Positions 18,172-28,178 of a stretch of 64,000 bases of DNA are shown here, one piece after another. A program made the position numbers and the translations under genes. The notes under the pieces were generated by a model that had not been told where the DNA came from, made no database searches, and saw nothing but the letters and a program-made list of their open reading frames with translations. This stretch comes from a virus: positions 9,110 through 73,109 of IMG/VR virus record IMGVR_UViG_3300029893_000003; one strand, written 5' to 3'. How positions within the stretch are numbered: position 1 is the stretch's first letter; every line of letters starts with the position of its first letter.

Positions 18172-20729
18172 TTCGTAACCAACTCACTTACTATCCTACG
18201 CGCTTCTTGTATGTCTTTAGCAGTTATTTTTTTGTAGCCCTTCCTCTCAGTATGAGAATCAATGCCACCAACAATCTGATCTGTTCCAAAGGTAATTTCA
18301 CTCGGCTGCTCCGTAGGCTGCGAAGATAAACGAGATTCGATCTCAGGTATCATCCATTCTGGTATATCACCTGACTCAACCGCCAACTGCCTTGCAGCAA
18401 TCGCATCAATCTCTCCACTACGAACTAACAAAGCACGTTCTTTAGCTCTAATAAATCTCGCCTCTGCCCGTTCCCTGTCAGACCGAATATCCTGTTCCTT
18501 AAACTCAAACCGAACATTATAAGGAAGATGAGAATTTATCTTATCTTCCAACATCGTCATAATCAGGGCAGGGCCTTTACCCCTCGTCTTGAGATGGAGA
18601 ATTTCAGACTGTCCAGATGATCCAAGATTACCGGACATGAGTGGGGCAAACTCTTGATAATCCACACCAAAAGCAAGCGCCAACTGTGCTATATACCATT
18701 TAAAGGTTGTGTCTTCGTTAAACGAATCTGGTAATGTTGCCAGATCAATGTGAACGTGACTGAGTGGGTGAGTAGGATCAACCCCAGGAATAATCACTGG
18801 TTGCGAAAAACGATATAAACCACGATTAAGGTTTTGTTCTTCTGCCAGCAACACCGCATCATCAATGTTTGATTTTGATACGCCACCGATAATATCAATG
18901 GCGCGAGTAAAGTTGCCGCCTACCTTTTCTTTCTTATAGATGGAAATGTCTCTAAGAATTTGGGCGGCGAGTAGGGCACGGGATGTAGCACAATATTGCA
19001 TGCCATACATTTCTTCGATGGGAGAAGGAAACTCTTCTAACGTTTCTACTCTCCACCAGGGCATTGCATGCTCTCTACCATAAAAGTCTCTATAAATAAC
19101 TGGATATTCTGGATCACCAGTTCGCCAACAACGTCCTGAGTCCAGGTGTGCAAAATTAATCACAGGAGAAGTAGGGTTATTATTATCAACCCTAATAATT
19201 TCCCAAAAGGCGCCATTATCCTGTGTGTTGTGAGAAACAAGATTTCCAGCAATAAAATTGCGAGTTTTGTCTACTCCAATATGATAGGTGGTTTCTACAA
19301 CCTTCCCGGTTGCTCCTATATAGTCTTTCTGTTCTATTTTTTCAATTTCATCAAAGTAGATTTTTGCAGGTTCCAACTCCCACACAGAAGGATTAAATGG
19401 TTTTGTGTGTTGTCCCATCTTATACTGCATAGACGGAATTATATATTCGCTGATATAGGACACCACTGCACGATAACCATCGGCAGTGAAACGAATCCTA
19501 TAATACTTGTCCTTTATCGGTTGCACCTTACAAGAAAAACCACGCGAGGTAAGTTCCTCAGCAAGCCATTCAACATCTTCTTTTTCAAATCCATCTGTGC
19601 ATAAAACAGCGTGTTCTGATTGATTGTTTGCTGTGGTAAGTGTTCTCTGGCACGCCCCGTCATCCATAAACCATATTGCAAGCATACGGGGAGAGAAGTA
19701 TTTCACAAAGTCTTCCCTATTAACTCGCTTCTTCCCGTCTGGATACCATCTATCAAACCAAGGAGATAGCCCCAAAGAAGCTAGCGAGTTTACTCCTATG
19801 ATGTGTGCTCCTTTTTCTGTGAGCCTAGAATTTTGCCCTGTCCAACCAAACTCTTTTAACAAAGACTTCTTAAATTCTAGATAATCAGACTGATCAACAG
19901 AGTGTCTAAAGCGGATAATTGCTCTCTTGGTAAAACGAGACATACTCATATCCCCAAGCAACCCGCCCACAAGTACCTCTGCCTGTTCTTCTGAAGGAAC
20001 AAGATCAGAAGTACCTATCTTATCAGTAGGTAGCAAGTCTTTAGCTTGTACCCAACCACGATCAGTTAGCATGGGATGATCTTCAGTTAAAAAGATTCCT
20101 CCTTGCTTTCCTCCATGACCATGATTAGTTGCTAGTTTAGTAGACAGGAAATACCATTTACGATTCCCTAGTGGCGTAGAATGCCATTCAGTAACCATCT
20201 GTTCTACCAAAGTTCCGTCAGAACCAACGCTAATCACAGGACCAGGATCACGATCCTTTACCATTCTTGCTATCGTCTTTGTTTTTCCTAGTCGATCCCC
20301 CCCTAGCTTAACTTTAGTATTACCAGCCAAGCAATAGAGGTCAATACAAGTTTTAAGAATTAAATCGTACCACCCCTTACCACGATTTGATCGCTGGATA
20401 ATCTCAGTAACCTTGTTAATTGTATTTTTAGGTCGCGGTTTAGTCTTGTCTGTGCCTTCAATATGCCACGCAAAACTGGCGTTACGAATTGAAACACCAT
20501 AAACCGCGCTTGCCAAAAGGGACTCTGTGTGCCAAAATTCCCGTAATTCCCTATCTCGTTTAACAGGATCTTTGCCCCAGGGCGTAATTGAATCGGCAGT
20601 TGTCGCCAGTTGTAAAATCAAGGGGCCAACACGCGGCGTCCTGTTATTAGGCGGCGTCTCAACAACAGAGTTTTCAAAAAGCTCTGGTAACAATTCTTTT
20701 TCTTCTACAAAATCACTACCGACTGCCAT
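18168..20729 (-). CDS. Portal protein interrupted by an intein
   Basis: Follows TerL; IDLY|TQDNGAFWEI, LDSGRCWRTG, ALAFGVDYQEF motifs. Confidence 0.8.
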   Translation of the reverse strand: MAVGSDFVEEKELLPELFENSVVETPPNNRTPRVGPLILQLATTADSITPWGKDPVKRDRELREFWHTESLLASAVYGVSIRNASFAWHIEGTDKTKPRPKNTINKVTEIIQRSNRGKGWYDLILKTCIDLYCLAGNTKVKLGGDRLGKTKTIARMVKDRDPGPVISVGSDGTLVEQMVTEWHSTPLGNRKWYFLSTKLATNHGHGGKQGGIFLTEDHPMLTDRGWVQAKDLLPTDKIGTSDLVPSEEQAEVLVGGLLGDMSMSRFTKRAIIRFRHSVDQSDYLEFKKSLLKEFGWTGQNSRLTEKGAHIIGVNSLASLGLSPWFDRWYPDGKKRVNREDFVKYFSPRMLAIWFMDDGACQRTLTTANNQSEHAVLCTDGFEKEDVEWLAEELTSRGFSCKVQPIKDKYYRIRFTADGYRAVVSYISEYIIPSMQYKMGQHTKPFNPSVWELEPAKIYFDEIEKIEQKDYIGATGKVVETTYHIGVDKTRNFIAGNLVSHNTQDNGAFWEIIRVDNNNPTSPVINFAHLDSGRCWRTGDPEYPVIYRDFYGREHAMPWWRVETLEEFPSPIEEMYGMQYCATSRALLAAQILRDISIYKKEKVGGNFTRAIDIIGGVSKSNIDDAVLLAEEQNLNRGLYRFSQPVIIPGVDPTHPLSHVHIDLATLPDSFNEDTTFKWYIAQLALAFGVDYQEFAPLMSGNLGSSGQSEILHLKTRGKGPALIMTMLEDKINSHLPYNVRFEFKEQDIRSDRERAEARFIRAKERALLVRSGEIDAIAARQLAVESGDIPEWMIPEIESRLSSQPTEQPSEITFGTDQIVGGIDSHTERKGYKKITAKDIQEARRIVSELVTK
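19227..20333 (-). mobile_element. Intein with LAGLIDADG endonuclease (369 aa) in the portal
   Basis: Starts CLAGNTKV, ends LVSHN followed by Thr+1; LVGGLLGD and WFMDDG motifs. Confidence 0.9.
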
Positions 20730-23469
20730 TTATGTATTTCTCCCCCAACTCAGGGAATTTCTGCCGGACTATTTGTGAGAAGGTTTCCAACTCAATTTCA
20801 CCCTTTGCTAACATCTGTAGTAAATCTTCCTTCTCAAATTCCCGATTGTCTAATTCCAATTCCATACATTTGTAAGCAGCCATCGACAAAGCAACTGCCG
20901 CGTCAATCTTGGCTTCTGGTGACAGCTTTTCTAGGCGTCTTTGCCGTCCCGAAATTACTGCCCCGGCTTGCCGAATATGCTGATATAGCGTATCTTCTTC
21001 TCTCCCAGGACCCCCCACATCCCCGATTGTAGTGGTTCGATTCCAAGTCAGTTGTCGGTGCATCACCATGTCATAAAGCTGTTTGTCAGCAATACCTCGC
21101 GCCGTATTTTGAGTGAAAGGATCGAACCAACCAAACCCATCCTTACGATAGTCTTGAACAAGTTTTGCCATCTGGTACGGATCATAAACCCAACATATAA
21201 CATTCCATCGGGAAGCCCATTCACGAATGGTATTACCAACTGTCTGTTCTTGGTCTATGTTACCACCTAACTTTTTAGGATTAAAAATCTTTACAGCCCG
21301 AACCGCAACACAAGTATCAGGGTTGATTGGATCGCGAGTTACAGCAACCATCGCCGCTAAGTCATTTGATACACTCATATCTATTGCAACCACAACAGGA
21401 GTCTTATCTCCCTGCTTAAGAACGGGCAAAGAAGGACTTTCACAATTATCCCACCATTGAGCCTCGATAAACGCACCCTTCGCACTCACCCAACGATTAC
21501 GATGGATACGTTCAAACTCCTCTGGTTCTAAGGTATTTTTCTGTTCTTCATAGTAATTAGTACCTAATTGCCAGGGCATCCGAGGTTCGGTGTCCCAATA
21601 CATAAACATACGAGAAGGCGCATGAGTATAAACCACTGGACCTTCTTCAGTATCAAGATAGGAAAAATCTGGATGGGGAGTTCCTTCTTTCTTTCCTGTG
21701 TTATAAAGAGATTCTAAAAGAATGGACACTCCGGTATATCCTGCATAGGATTCAACCCACTGCATTGCATATCCGTACAAAGTGGGCGGAACCGTAAGTT
21801 CTGTCCATAGCTGGCGTTTCTTAGGTGTATCAAATCCCCACAACTCACTGTTGCCCTGGATATGTACTTTTCCGTGTCGTCTAACTACTACAGTTTTGTT
21901 AGGTACTGTAGGACAGTGGATAATCCCTTCATAGTCTATCTTTTGCCAACGATCTTTTTTAATGTGAAGTATACGGCTCCCATCCCCCATTGGCTTAACA
22001 CTAACTGAATATAAAGGCCTTCCCCATCGCCTATCTTGATAGGTAGTTACTGTTACATATCTGCCCCGCCTAGCATAAATTTCTAACAAATCGTCTCGCA
22101 ATTTAGGAGAGTTTGTGCTATAAACAATATGCCCGTATTGAGTTACAGCATCACCAGTCTTGTATCCATCCCCACGCCAATAAGACTCTAATAACACGTC
22201 TAAATATTCATCTGGAAGTTCTTTAATCCATGCCGGTATATACTTTTCGTGTGCCAGCCCAAATTGCTTTAAATGTTTCGCTATACGAGTATCATAAAAC
22301 ACTAAAGCATCTGTACCCTTCCACACACGCGGAACATATCCGAGATCGGAGATTAGCGTTTTCAATTCTTCGTAATAAGGAGATACACTGCTCTGTGCTA
22401 ACAACACGGTATCGCCCTTATGGGTACATCCCTCAGACAAATACCACCCCAAAAACTTAAGGTACAGTTTTACAGGAATCTCAAGACTCGGCCTACGCTT
22501 AGTGCCTGGAATAGTCACAAATTCTGGTACATCTACTGGTTTCCTTTTTAGTCCCAAAGATTCTACTCGCATACCATACACCCCGGCTTCTATGGCGGAT
22601 TCTACGGAGCGCTTTTCAAATTGGGCTTTATTAAGGGCTATAGAACTAGAACCAAATTTACCATACAGCCTATGATTAGGAGACACGCACAAACTGTATC
22701 TGCTAGATTCTAATAGATACATAGGGCCTCCATACTGTGAGACATTTATATGAGTGGGATGTTGGTACTCTAGATACCCATCCGAACGTAAAGTTAAAAA
22801 CTGATCATCCATAGAATATTGATCATAGCGTTTCCACCCATCCCTAGTAAGTATCTCTGTGTCTTCGTCAAAACAAAAGACACTTAGCGTAGGTTCACCA
22901 CCAGCCTCACCTGCCGCGTCAACCGGAACAGCCTCAATCTTACAAAAATTAGGAAGGGTAACCTCGTATTCATACGGGTTTATATCCTTAAAGGGGCCTT
23001 GTTGCTGTCTATGGAGTCTATAATTTTGTTTTATAGGCGCATAGATACGGTCGTTCGCCTGTTTACCATCGTTTGCTACACACGCAATAAACCCATAAGG
23101 ACTATGATGAGCCACATAAGTAGCTACTGCCGCAGCAACCGCAGACTTTCCGCTTTTCTTTGGGGCACTATAAACTACCAAAGCATACTTAAATGTCCCA
23201 TCAGGATTCCGTGATAGGGCTTCATTAATCAAATGCTTTTGGTGATCGGTTAATTGAATCGGGCCAGCGGGAAGTATTTCGCCAGTCTTAGGGTTTCGAG
23301 GTCGAGGTACCCAAAAATATCGTTCAATCCAATCAGCCGGAAGAATTGCTTCCTGATTCTGTTCTTGCACTAAGTTGCGTGACAACTGCCGTAGTGCCTG
23401 ATCCAGCAGCGTCTTCGAGTCGCCTTGAGATGTAATCGACAACTGCTTCCCTAACGTGTGCATCATCAA
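20716..23469 (-). CDS. terL: Terminase large subunit interrupted by an intein (start uncertain, may be about 23400)
   Basis: QLTDHQ, Walker A APKKSGKS, SVF|SELWGF Walker-B region, nuclease AIDMSVSND and KIDAAVA. Confidence 0.85.
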   Translation of the reverse strand: MMMHTLGKQLSITSQGDSKTLLDQALRQLSRNLVQEQNQEAILPADWIERYFWVPRPRNPKTGEILPAGPIQLTDHQKHLINEALSRNPDGTFKYALVVYSAPKKSGKSAVAAAVATYVAHHSPYGFIACVANDGKQANDRIYAPIKQNYRLHRQQQGPFKDINPYEYEVTLPNFCKIEAVPVDAAGEAGGEPTLSVFCFDEDTEILTRDGWKRYDQYSMDDQFLTLRSDGYLEYQHPTHINVSQYGGPMYLLESSRYSLCVSPNHRLYGKFGSSSIALNKAQFEKRSVESAIEAGVYGMRVESLGLKRKPVDVPEFVTIPGTKRRPSLEIPVKLYLKFLGWYLSEGCTHKGDTVLLAQSSVSPYYEELKTLISDLGYVPRVWKGTDALVFYDTRIAKHLKQFGLAHEKYIPAWIKELPDEYLDVLLESYWRGDGYKTGDAVTQYGHIVYSTNSPKLRDDLLEIYARRGRYVTVTTYQDRRWGRPLYSVSVKPMGDGSRILHIKKDRWQKIDYEGIIHCPTVPNKTVVVRRHGKVHIQGNSELWGFDTPKKRQLWTELTVPPTLYGYAMQWVESYAGYTGVSILLESLYNTGKKEGTPHPDFSYLDTEEGPVVYTHAPSRMFMYWDTEPRMPWQLGTNYYEEQKNTLEPEEFERIHRNRWVSAKGAFIEAQWWDNCESPSLPVLKQGDKTPVVVAIDMSVSNDLAAMVAVTRDPINPDTCVAVRAVKIFNPKKLGGNIDQEQTVGNTIREWASRWNVICWVYDPYQMAKLVQDYRKDGFGWFDPFTQNTARGIADKQLYDMVMHRQLTWNRTTTIGDVGGPGREEDTLYQHIRQAGAVISGRQRRLEKLSPEAKIDAAVALSMAAYKCMELELDNREFEKEDLLQMLAKGEIELETFSQIVRQKFPELGEKYINGSR
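21850..22875 (-). mobile_element. Intein with LAGLIDADG-like endonuclease (342 aa) in TerL
   Basis: Starts CFDEDTEIL, ends HIQGN followed by Ser+1; FLGWYLSEG and YWRGDG motifs. Confidence 0.85.
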
Positions 23470-24136
23470 TGTACCTTTCCGTAGCCTCTTTCAATGCCCG
23501 TTGAACAACTGAAATAAGATACATCACCTGTTCCATCGTGATCATCAATTTCAGTTCTTTCATTACCTTCACTTGTGTAGAGGCTATTGTTTGTTGTGAT
23601 CCTGCTAGACTTACAATCTCTTGCCAGATTTCTTTTTCTGCATCGCTATGTTTCAAAGCCTCACTAATAAGGGATTCTGCTTCTAGCAAATTCCCACGCA
23701 TAAGTTCATGGTAAGCCTCGCTAACCATCCCCCAAGCTTCCTGCCTGCCAGGATGTTCTGAAAGTCTCTCCAACAACTCCCATTTACGAGCTTCTAACAA
23801 ATAAATATCAGAGCTACGATCTAGATAGCTGGGGTTATCAAGAACCACCTCTAGCTTTTCCCGTAAATTAATAGGAACAAGTTCCATCACATCTCTAGGA
23901 ACACGTCTTGGAGACTGCCCACCATGATACTTACAAACAAAATTCCCAGGCTCAGCAGGTTTACCACATTGTGCTTCAGGCCAAAAATCTTCTGCCGGGG
24001 AGTCCCAATCCCCCCGCTCTTCTCGCAGCTTGCGTAGACGAGTCTTAGAAACCCCCTGACAACGGATGGTTTTTCCATCCAACATAAACCTTACGCCAGA
24101 ACCCTCATTAAATCGTCGTTCACCAATTGTTGCCAT
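23333..24136 (-). CDS. terS: Terminase small subunit (HGGxSxG-type)
   Basis: C-x-G...C-G-K...CKYHGGQSP motif; immediately upstream of terL. Confidence 0.65.
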   Translation of the reverse strand: MATIGERRFNEGSGVRFMLDGKTIRCQGVSKTRLRKLREERGDWDSPAEDFWPEAQCGKPAEPGNFVCKYHGGQSPRRVPRDVMELVPINLREKLEVVLDNPSYLDRSSDIYLLEARKWELLERLSEHPGRQEAWGMVSEAYHELMRGNLLEAESLISEALKHSDAEKEIWQEIVSLAGSQQTIASTQVKVMKELKLMITMEQVMYLISVVQRALKEATERYIDDAHVREAVVDYISRRLEDAAGSGTTAVVTQLSARTESGSNSSG

Positions 24137-24180
24137 ATTAATCTCCTTCGTAAACCATATTACTATGATATGTAAGAATC

Positions 24181-24215
24181 AAAAAACCCCCATGAAGAAA
24201 TTTTCATGGGGTTTC
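24181..24215 (-). terminator. Rho-independent terminator
   Basis: Minus-strand AAACCCCATGAA...TTCATGGGGGTTTTTT. Confidence 0.7.
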
Positions 24216-24223
24216 TACATTTT

Positions 24224-24403
24224 TCATTTCTGTTGTGCAGTAATAATAGCAACAAATAAAGTGTTTATCGCTTCCTGTAATCTCGGTAGAGGAATCTCTG
24301 TATGAGTCTTTGTATTTAACCACTCTACTATGTCAGAAAACGAATCTAGTACCTGCTGTTGCTCTGCACGCTCCGCCAAAAGCGGATCAAGATACGACAG
24401 CAT
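24224..24403 (-). CDS. Small hypothetical protein (59 aa, MLSYLDPLLAER...)
   Basis: Manually translated; AGGAAGG RBS; ends just before the terminator. Confidence 0.55.
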   Translation of the reverse strand: MLSYLDPLLAERAEQQQVLDSFSDIVEWLNTKTHTEIPLPRLQEAINTLFVAIITAQQK

Positions 24404-24537
24404 TACACCCTTCCTAAAATCTTACGTGATACCTATAATGTCATTAGCGCAATAGATTCTAGGTAGAGACATTCCTAGAATCTATGTTTTTTCTTCTCTA
24501 TTATTACCCCACCAACAGGGCAGGGGGGTAGCAGACT

Positions 24538-25608
24538 TTACAAACCATTCAACAACCAATGTCTAGCATGGTTAATATTACGAGTCGCATAGACCTGATG
24601 ATTATTTGGATCGAAAACTAAGATAGGCCACTCAAAGACTCCGACACTCCAATTTTTGATCGTATAGGGATCAGGACCAGTCTTAGCAGTTCCAACCTGT
24701 ATTTTCCAAACAAACGGCGATGGACGATTGCCTGCTTCTACTTCCCACACATAATGAGTATCTTCCGCAAAGCCGTAAGTGTGCTTGTCTCCCTGCACTA
24801 TTACGTCAGCCATCGGAAAATTAAACAGCAGGGCGCGGGTATGTGGGTGCATCTTATTGTAGATAGAACTACCAGGAAACTCATGCGCCATAGCTATCTG
24901 ATAGGTCTGAGAACCTACATGAAGCTTTACATAAGCTTGACCATCAAAGAAGGGAACATCATGCTCTAGGTAGATTCGCTTAACAGGGTTGACCCCTGTC
25001 TTTCGACTATCCCAATCCCCGCCATGCTGAGAAGCTACGCCCCACAAAAGTTTTTGCTTAGAAGCTAGCCGATCCAACATCCCCGTTAGCAACTGCCACT
25101 GTTCGGGAAGAGTATAGATCATCTCCATCGAAGCACGTTTATCAAAGAAGTCAGGACGAAATCCCTCTATATCATCCCCCAACGGCCCCCAAAACAAGTT
25201 GGGAGTATCAAGAACCTGATCCATCAAGGCACGTATTTGTTTGTAGTAGGTATATCGACCGCCCAAATGGGCACAGGAAGGAAACAGGATTCCTACTGGT
25301 TTGTCTGTTTGGAACGTAATTTCTTCGTGTGTCAGTATCGGATCAAGCGTATTAAAATACCTAGCATGTTCATCTGCCCGATCCAACAACTCCTCGAATG
25401 TATAGATTTCCTCTGGACTTTCAATTTCCCTAAAATTTTTGTACTTAATTACTCTACCAGACGACTCTAGAACGCGGCCTTTCCATCTCCGCGCCGTTCG
25501 TGGGCTTGGAGCTAAACCTTTATTAAACAAACTTGTACCGGATACTTCTGGATTTCGTTTTACATATTCGATAAATGTATCTGGAATGTGCTGCATCATT
25601 AGCTCCAA
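24538..25608 (-). CDS. Calcineurin-like metallophosphoesterase with N-terminal putative DNA-binding region
   Basis: SCAHLG, LGDDIEG, SQHG, AHEFPG, GDKH motifs (slightly deviant from canonical DxH and GNH). Confidence 0.7.
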   Translation of the reverse strand: MELMMQHIPDTFIEYVKRNPEVSGTSLFNKGLAPSPRTARRWKGRVLESSGRVIKYKNFREIESPEEIYTFEELLDRADEHARYFNTLDPILTHEEITFQTDKPVGILFPSCAHLGGRYTYYKQIRALMDQVLDTPNLFWGPLGDDIEGFRPDFFDKRASMEMIYTLPEQWQLLTGMLDRLASKQKLLWGVASQHGGDWDSRKTGVNPVKRIYLEHDVPFFDGQAYVKLHVGSQTYQIAMAHEFPGSSIYNKMHPHTRALLFNFPMADVIVQGDKHTYGFAEDTHYVWEVEAGNRPSPFVWKIQVGTAKTGPDPYTIKNWSVGVFEWPILVFDPNNHQVYATRNINHARHWLLNGL

Positions 25609-25638
25609 TTAAAGGGCAGGTTTCGCCCTGCCCTGCCA

Positions 25639-26088
25639 CTATAGGTTTTTATTATCCAGACGTTCCCTAACGACCCGCGAGACTTCCCTACGAACTACAG
25701 CATCAACCACATCAACATCAACCTCTGGCTTTGTAGGAATTACTTCCTGATAACGGGTTCCGCTCGGTGGTCGTTCAGTCCATGAGTCGATGACTTTCAT
25801 TGCAACTAGCAACGAGATGATCCAAGGGACCAGCGTTTCCATCAAAAGCGCAATAGCAGCACCATCATCACCAGCAAGCTCACGGATACGAGCAAGAGTT
25901 TCCTCTTCTACTCCAAACACGCCTAGCAAAGACAAGATCACCACCGATGCCCCCGCCCAAAAGCGACGGTCAATCAAAACAGACCCTAGTTTGTTAATAA
26001 AAATCGTCAAACGTTCTTTCGTACTCATTTCTCTACTCCAAAGCTCTGTACAATAATCGAAAATCGTTCTAGTTGATCCATTAACCAA
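25639..26088 (-). CDS. Holin-like membrane protein
   Basis: Two hydrophobic helices (DRRFWAGASVVILSLL; VPWIISLLVAM). Confidence 0.5.
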   Translation of the reverse strand: MVNGSTRTIFDYCTELWSREMSTKERLTIFINKLGSVLIDRRFWAGASVVILSLLGVFGVEEETLARIRELAGDDGAAIALLMETLVPWIISLLVAMKVIDSWTERPPSGTRYQEVIPTKPEVDVDVVDAVVRREVSRVVRERLDNKNL

Positions 26089-26387
26089 TGCACCGCATCA
26101 GACTTTTGGTCAAAGCTTTCTTCTTCGTAGTGCATCACATACTGGTATATCCCTGCTATAGAATACTGCCCATAGTAACTCCCCTGAACACCTTCCTCTT
26201 CAAGCAGCGCATCTAGTACAGATGATTCTACAGCAAACCTCTCGCTAGATAAAAACGAGCCTGAAGGCGGAGACTTGTCCGGCTCAATGTAGTACAAACC
26301 CCCATCCGGCAAAGTTTTAGGATTCTGCCATACTAATTCAGCAGAAGTATTATTAATCACATACGCAAGTTGTTCTTCAAAATTCAT
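26025..26387 (-). CDS. Hypothetical protein
   Basis: Likely start MNFEEQL with GAGG RBS. Confidence 0.6.
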   Translation of the reverse strand: MNFEEQLAYVINNTSAELVWQNPKTLPDGGLYYIEPDKSPPSGSFLSSERFAVESSVLDALLEEEGVQGSYYGQYSIAGIYQYVMHYEEESFDQKSDAVHWLMDQLERFSIIVQSFGVEK

Positions 26388-26442
26388 AAGGCTGATGCCT
26401 CTTCTTTTTCTATCAAAATTGTCGTGTGACATATCCTGCACG

Positions 26443-27681
26443 GTGACTGCTCCCCACGGCTAAAGCCGGGGGCTTCTAGGACCGGAGTCCAGGCTCGCCA
26501 GCCCGCGAGCCAAAATGTTCAGAGATGCATTGAGATCGCGGTCCAGTTTCAGGCCGCAGTAAGGACAGTCGTGGACACGCACACTCAAGTCTTTCGGAAC
26601 CACCGCGCCGCAGCCGGAGCATTCTTGCGTTGTGCCTCTGGGGTTAACGCGCAGCACAGCACGACCGGCACTTTCAGCCTTGTACGTGGTGAACTGCACG
26701 AACTGGCCCCAGGCCACGTCCGCGATATTCCGGTTGACAACCCGGTTTCCGTTGGACTGCATGTCCGCGATGTCCAACTTCTCAAAGACGATCAGGCCGA
26801 AGCGGTTGACGAGCTTGCGGCTCTCCTGGTGCGCGAAGTCGGCGCGCCGGTTGGTGGCGCGCTGGTAGGCATGGTTGAGCGCGCGCAGCACCTTGCGGCG
26901 CTCCGGCGAGCCTTTAGCGAACTGTTCTTTCTTGCGCTGCAAGCGGGCGATGTCCGCCGCATCGCGTTTCATCCAGCACTGGCGCGGGATACTGTCGCCG
27001 GTACTCAGCATGGCGAACGTCTTCAGGCCGAGATCCACGCCCACCACTTCAGGCGACGGGGGCAGAGGCGCGGCGTCTACTTCGCACGAAAAGCAGGCGT
27101 ACCAGTTGCCTACGCTATCGCGCCGGATGATGACTGTTTTGGGTGTGCCTTCCAGGGGGCGATGCAGCTTGATTTTCACGGCTCCGATTTTCGAGAGCGT
27201 GAGCCGGTTACCGTCCAACTTCACCCCATTACCACACTGCGGATAGGTGAAACTGTCGTACCAGCCACGTCCCTTGAAGCGCGGGTAGCCGGGCTTCTCA
27301 CCTGCCTTGACGCGGCGAAAGAATGCCTGGAACGCCAGATCGACGCGTGTGCACGCTTCTTGAAGCGACTGCGAAAAGGCGTTATTGAGAAATGGCTGCT
27401 CGGCTTTCCAGCCGGGGATCAGCTTAATCGTATCGAAGCGCGTCAGCGTTTCGCGGTTAATGTCCCAGGCATCGCGGCGCACTTCAAGCGTCGTGTTGTA
27501 AACCCACCGACAAGCATCCAATGCGCGCAGCAAGGCGGTGCGTTGGGCAGAAGTAGGAAAGAGGCGGTACTTGTAGGTCAATCGCATAGCCCGATTATAC
27601 CATTTATGCTACAGGTTCACAAACATATGGCGCACCTTATATCCCCCTGCCTTCAGGCAGAGGTTTTACGGCGCTTTTCCG
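26443..27681 (-). mobile_element. IS200/IS605-family (IS1341-type, tnpB-only) element 1
   Basis: LE hairpin CCTCTGCCTGAAGGCAGGGGG after TTTAT; RE GAAGCCCCCGGCTTTAGCCGTGGGGAGCAGTCAC; higher GC than flanks; no tnpA. Confidence 0.85.
26460..27587 (-). CDS. tnpB: RNA-guided endonuclease TnpB
   Basis: YKYRLFPT HTH, VGVDLGLK RuvC-I, VFEKL, TTQECSGCG zinc finger, DRDLNASLNI. Confidence 0.95.
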   Translation of the reverse strand: MRLTYKYRLFPTSAQRTALLRALDACRWVYNTTLEVRRDAWDINRETLTRFDTIKLIPGWKAEQPFLNNAFSQSLQEACTRVDLAFQAFFRRVKAGEKPGYPRFKGRGWYDSFTYPQCGNGVKLDGNRLTLSKIGAVKIKLHRPLEGTPKTVIIRRDSVGNWYACFSCEVDAAPLPPSPEVVGVDLGLKTFAMLSTGDSIPRQCWMKRDAADIARLQRKKEQFAKGSPERRKVLRALNHAYQRATNRRADFAHQESRKLVNRFGLIVFEKLDIADMQSNGNRVVNRNIADVAWGQFVQFTTYKAESAGRAVLRVNPRGTTQECSGCGAVVPKDLSVRVHDCPYCGLKLDRDLNASLNILARGLASLDSGPRSPRL

Positions 27682-27761
27682 ATAAAGCTGAGTTCTCCCC
27701 AGGAGCATCATCACAACACGCCCAACAGGAAGCCCCACACACCGGACACTCTTCTACCACA

Positions 27762-28178
27762 TCACAACTCAACACTAACATTAATATTCCCTAGATAATT
27801 TCGATTGTACATATCCTGCAACAACCGCATACCAAAATACATTACCGCAAGTCTTGATAGAGTCAAATCTACCAAAACCTCGTTATTCACGTCCATAAGA
27901 ATGACATTGAACGTCTCCAACGAGTTGTGCCAGATAACGAGACGGTTTAGCGCGTCTCCCTCCCGAACAACTGTTTTCCCCTCAACGTGCGCAAGTGCAG
28001 CAGCAATAATTTTGACAACGAACCCCAACAAGCGTTCAGGTTCAATGTACAGCGTCTTTTCTAGCTTTCCTTCTGGCACCAGATACAGATGCAACCCGCC
28101 CATATTAGGATCAAACCGATACTGCAATGTGTCTGCAATTTTAGTTTTATTCTGTCTGCTAGCCGTAGTAACAATCAT
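27762..28178 (-). CDS. Hypothetical protein
   Basis: ORF in the minus-strand cluster. Confidence 0.6.
   Translation of the reverse strand: MIVTTASRQNKTKIADTLQYRFDPNMGGLHLYLVPEGKLEKTLYIEPERLLGFVVKIIAAALAHVEGKTVVREGDALNRLVIWHNSLETFNVILMDVNNEVLVDLTLSRLAVMYFGMRLLQDMYNRNYLGNINVSVEL

Noticed and set aside
27690-27760. TAG-interrupted Cys-rich frame across the IS1 site as evidence of stop-codon recoding
   Set aside because: Many genuine genes in the window end in TAG (e.g. 9508, 50067, 55793), so standard code 11 applies.
26571-27794. 407-aa plus-strand ORF
   Set aside because: Antisense shadow of the GC-rich tnpB; no RBS or recognisable motifs.
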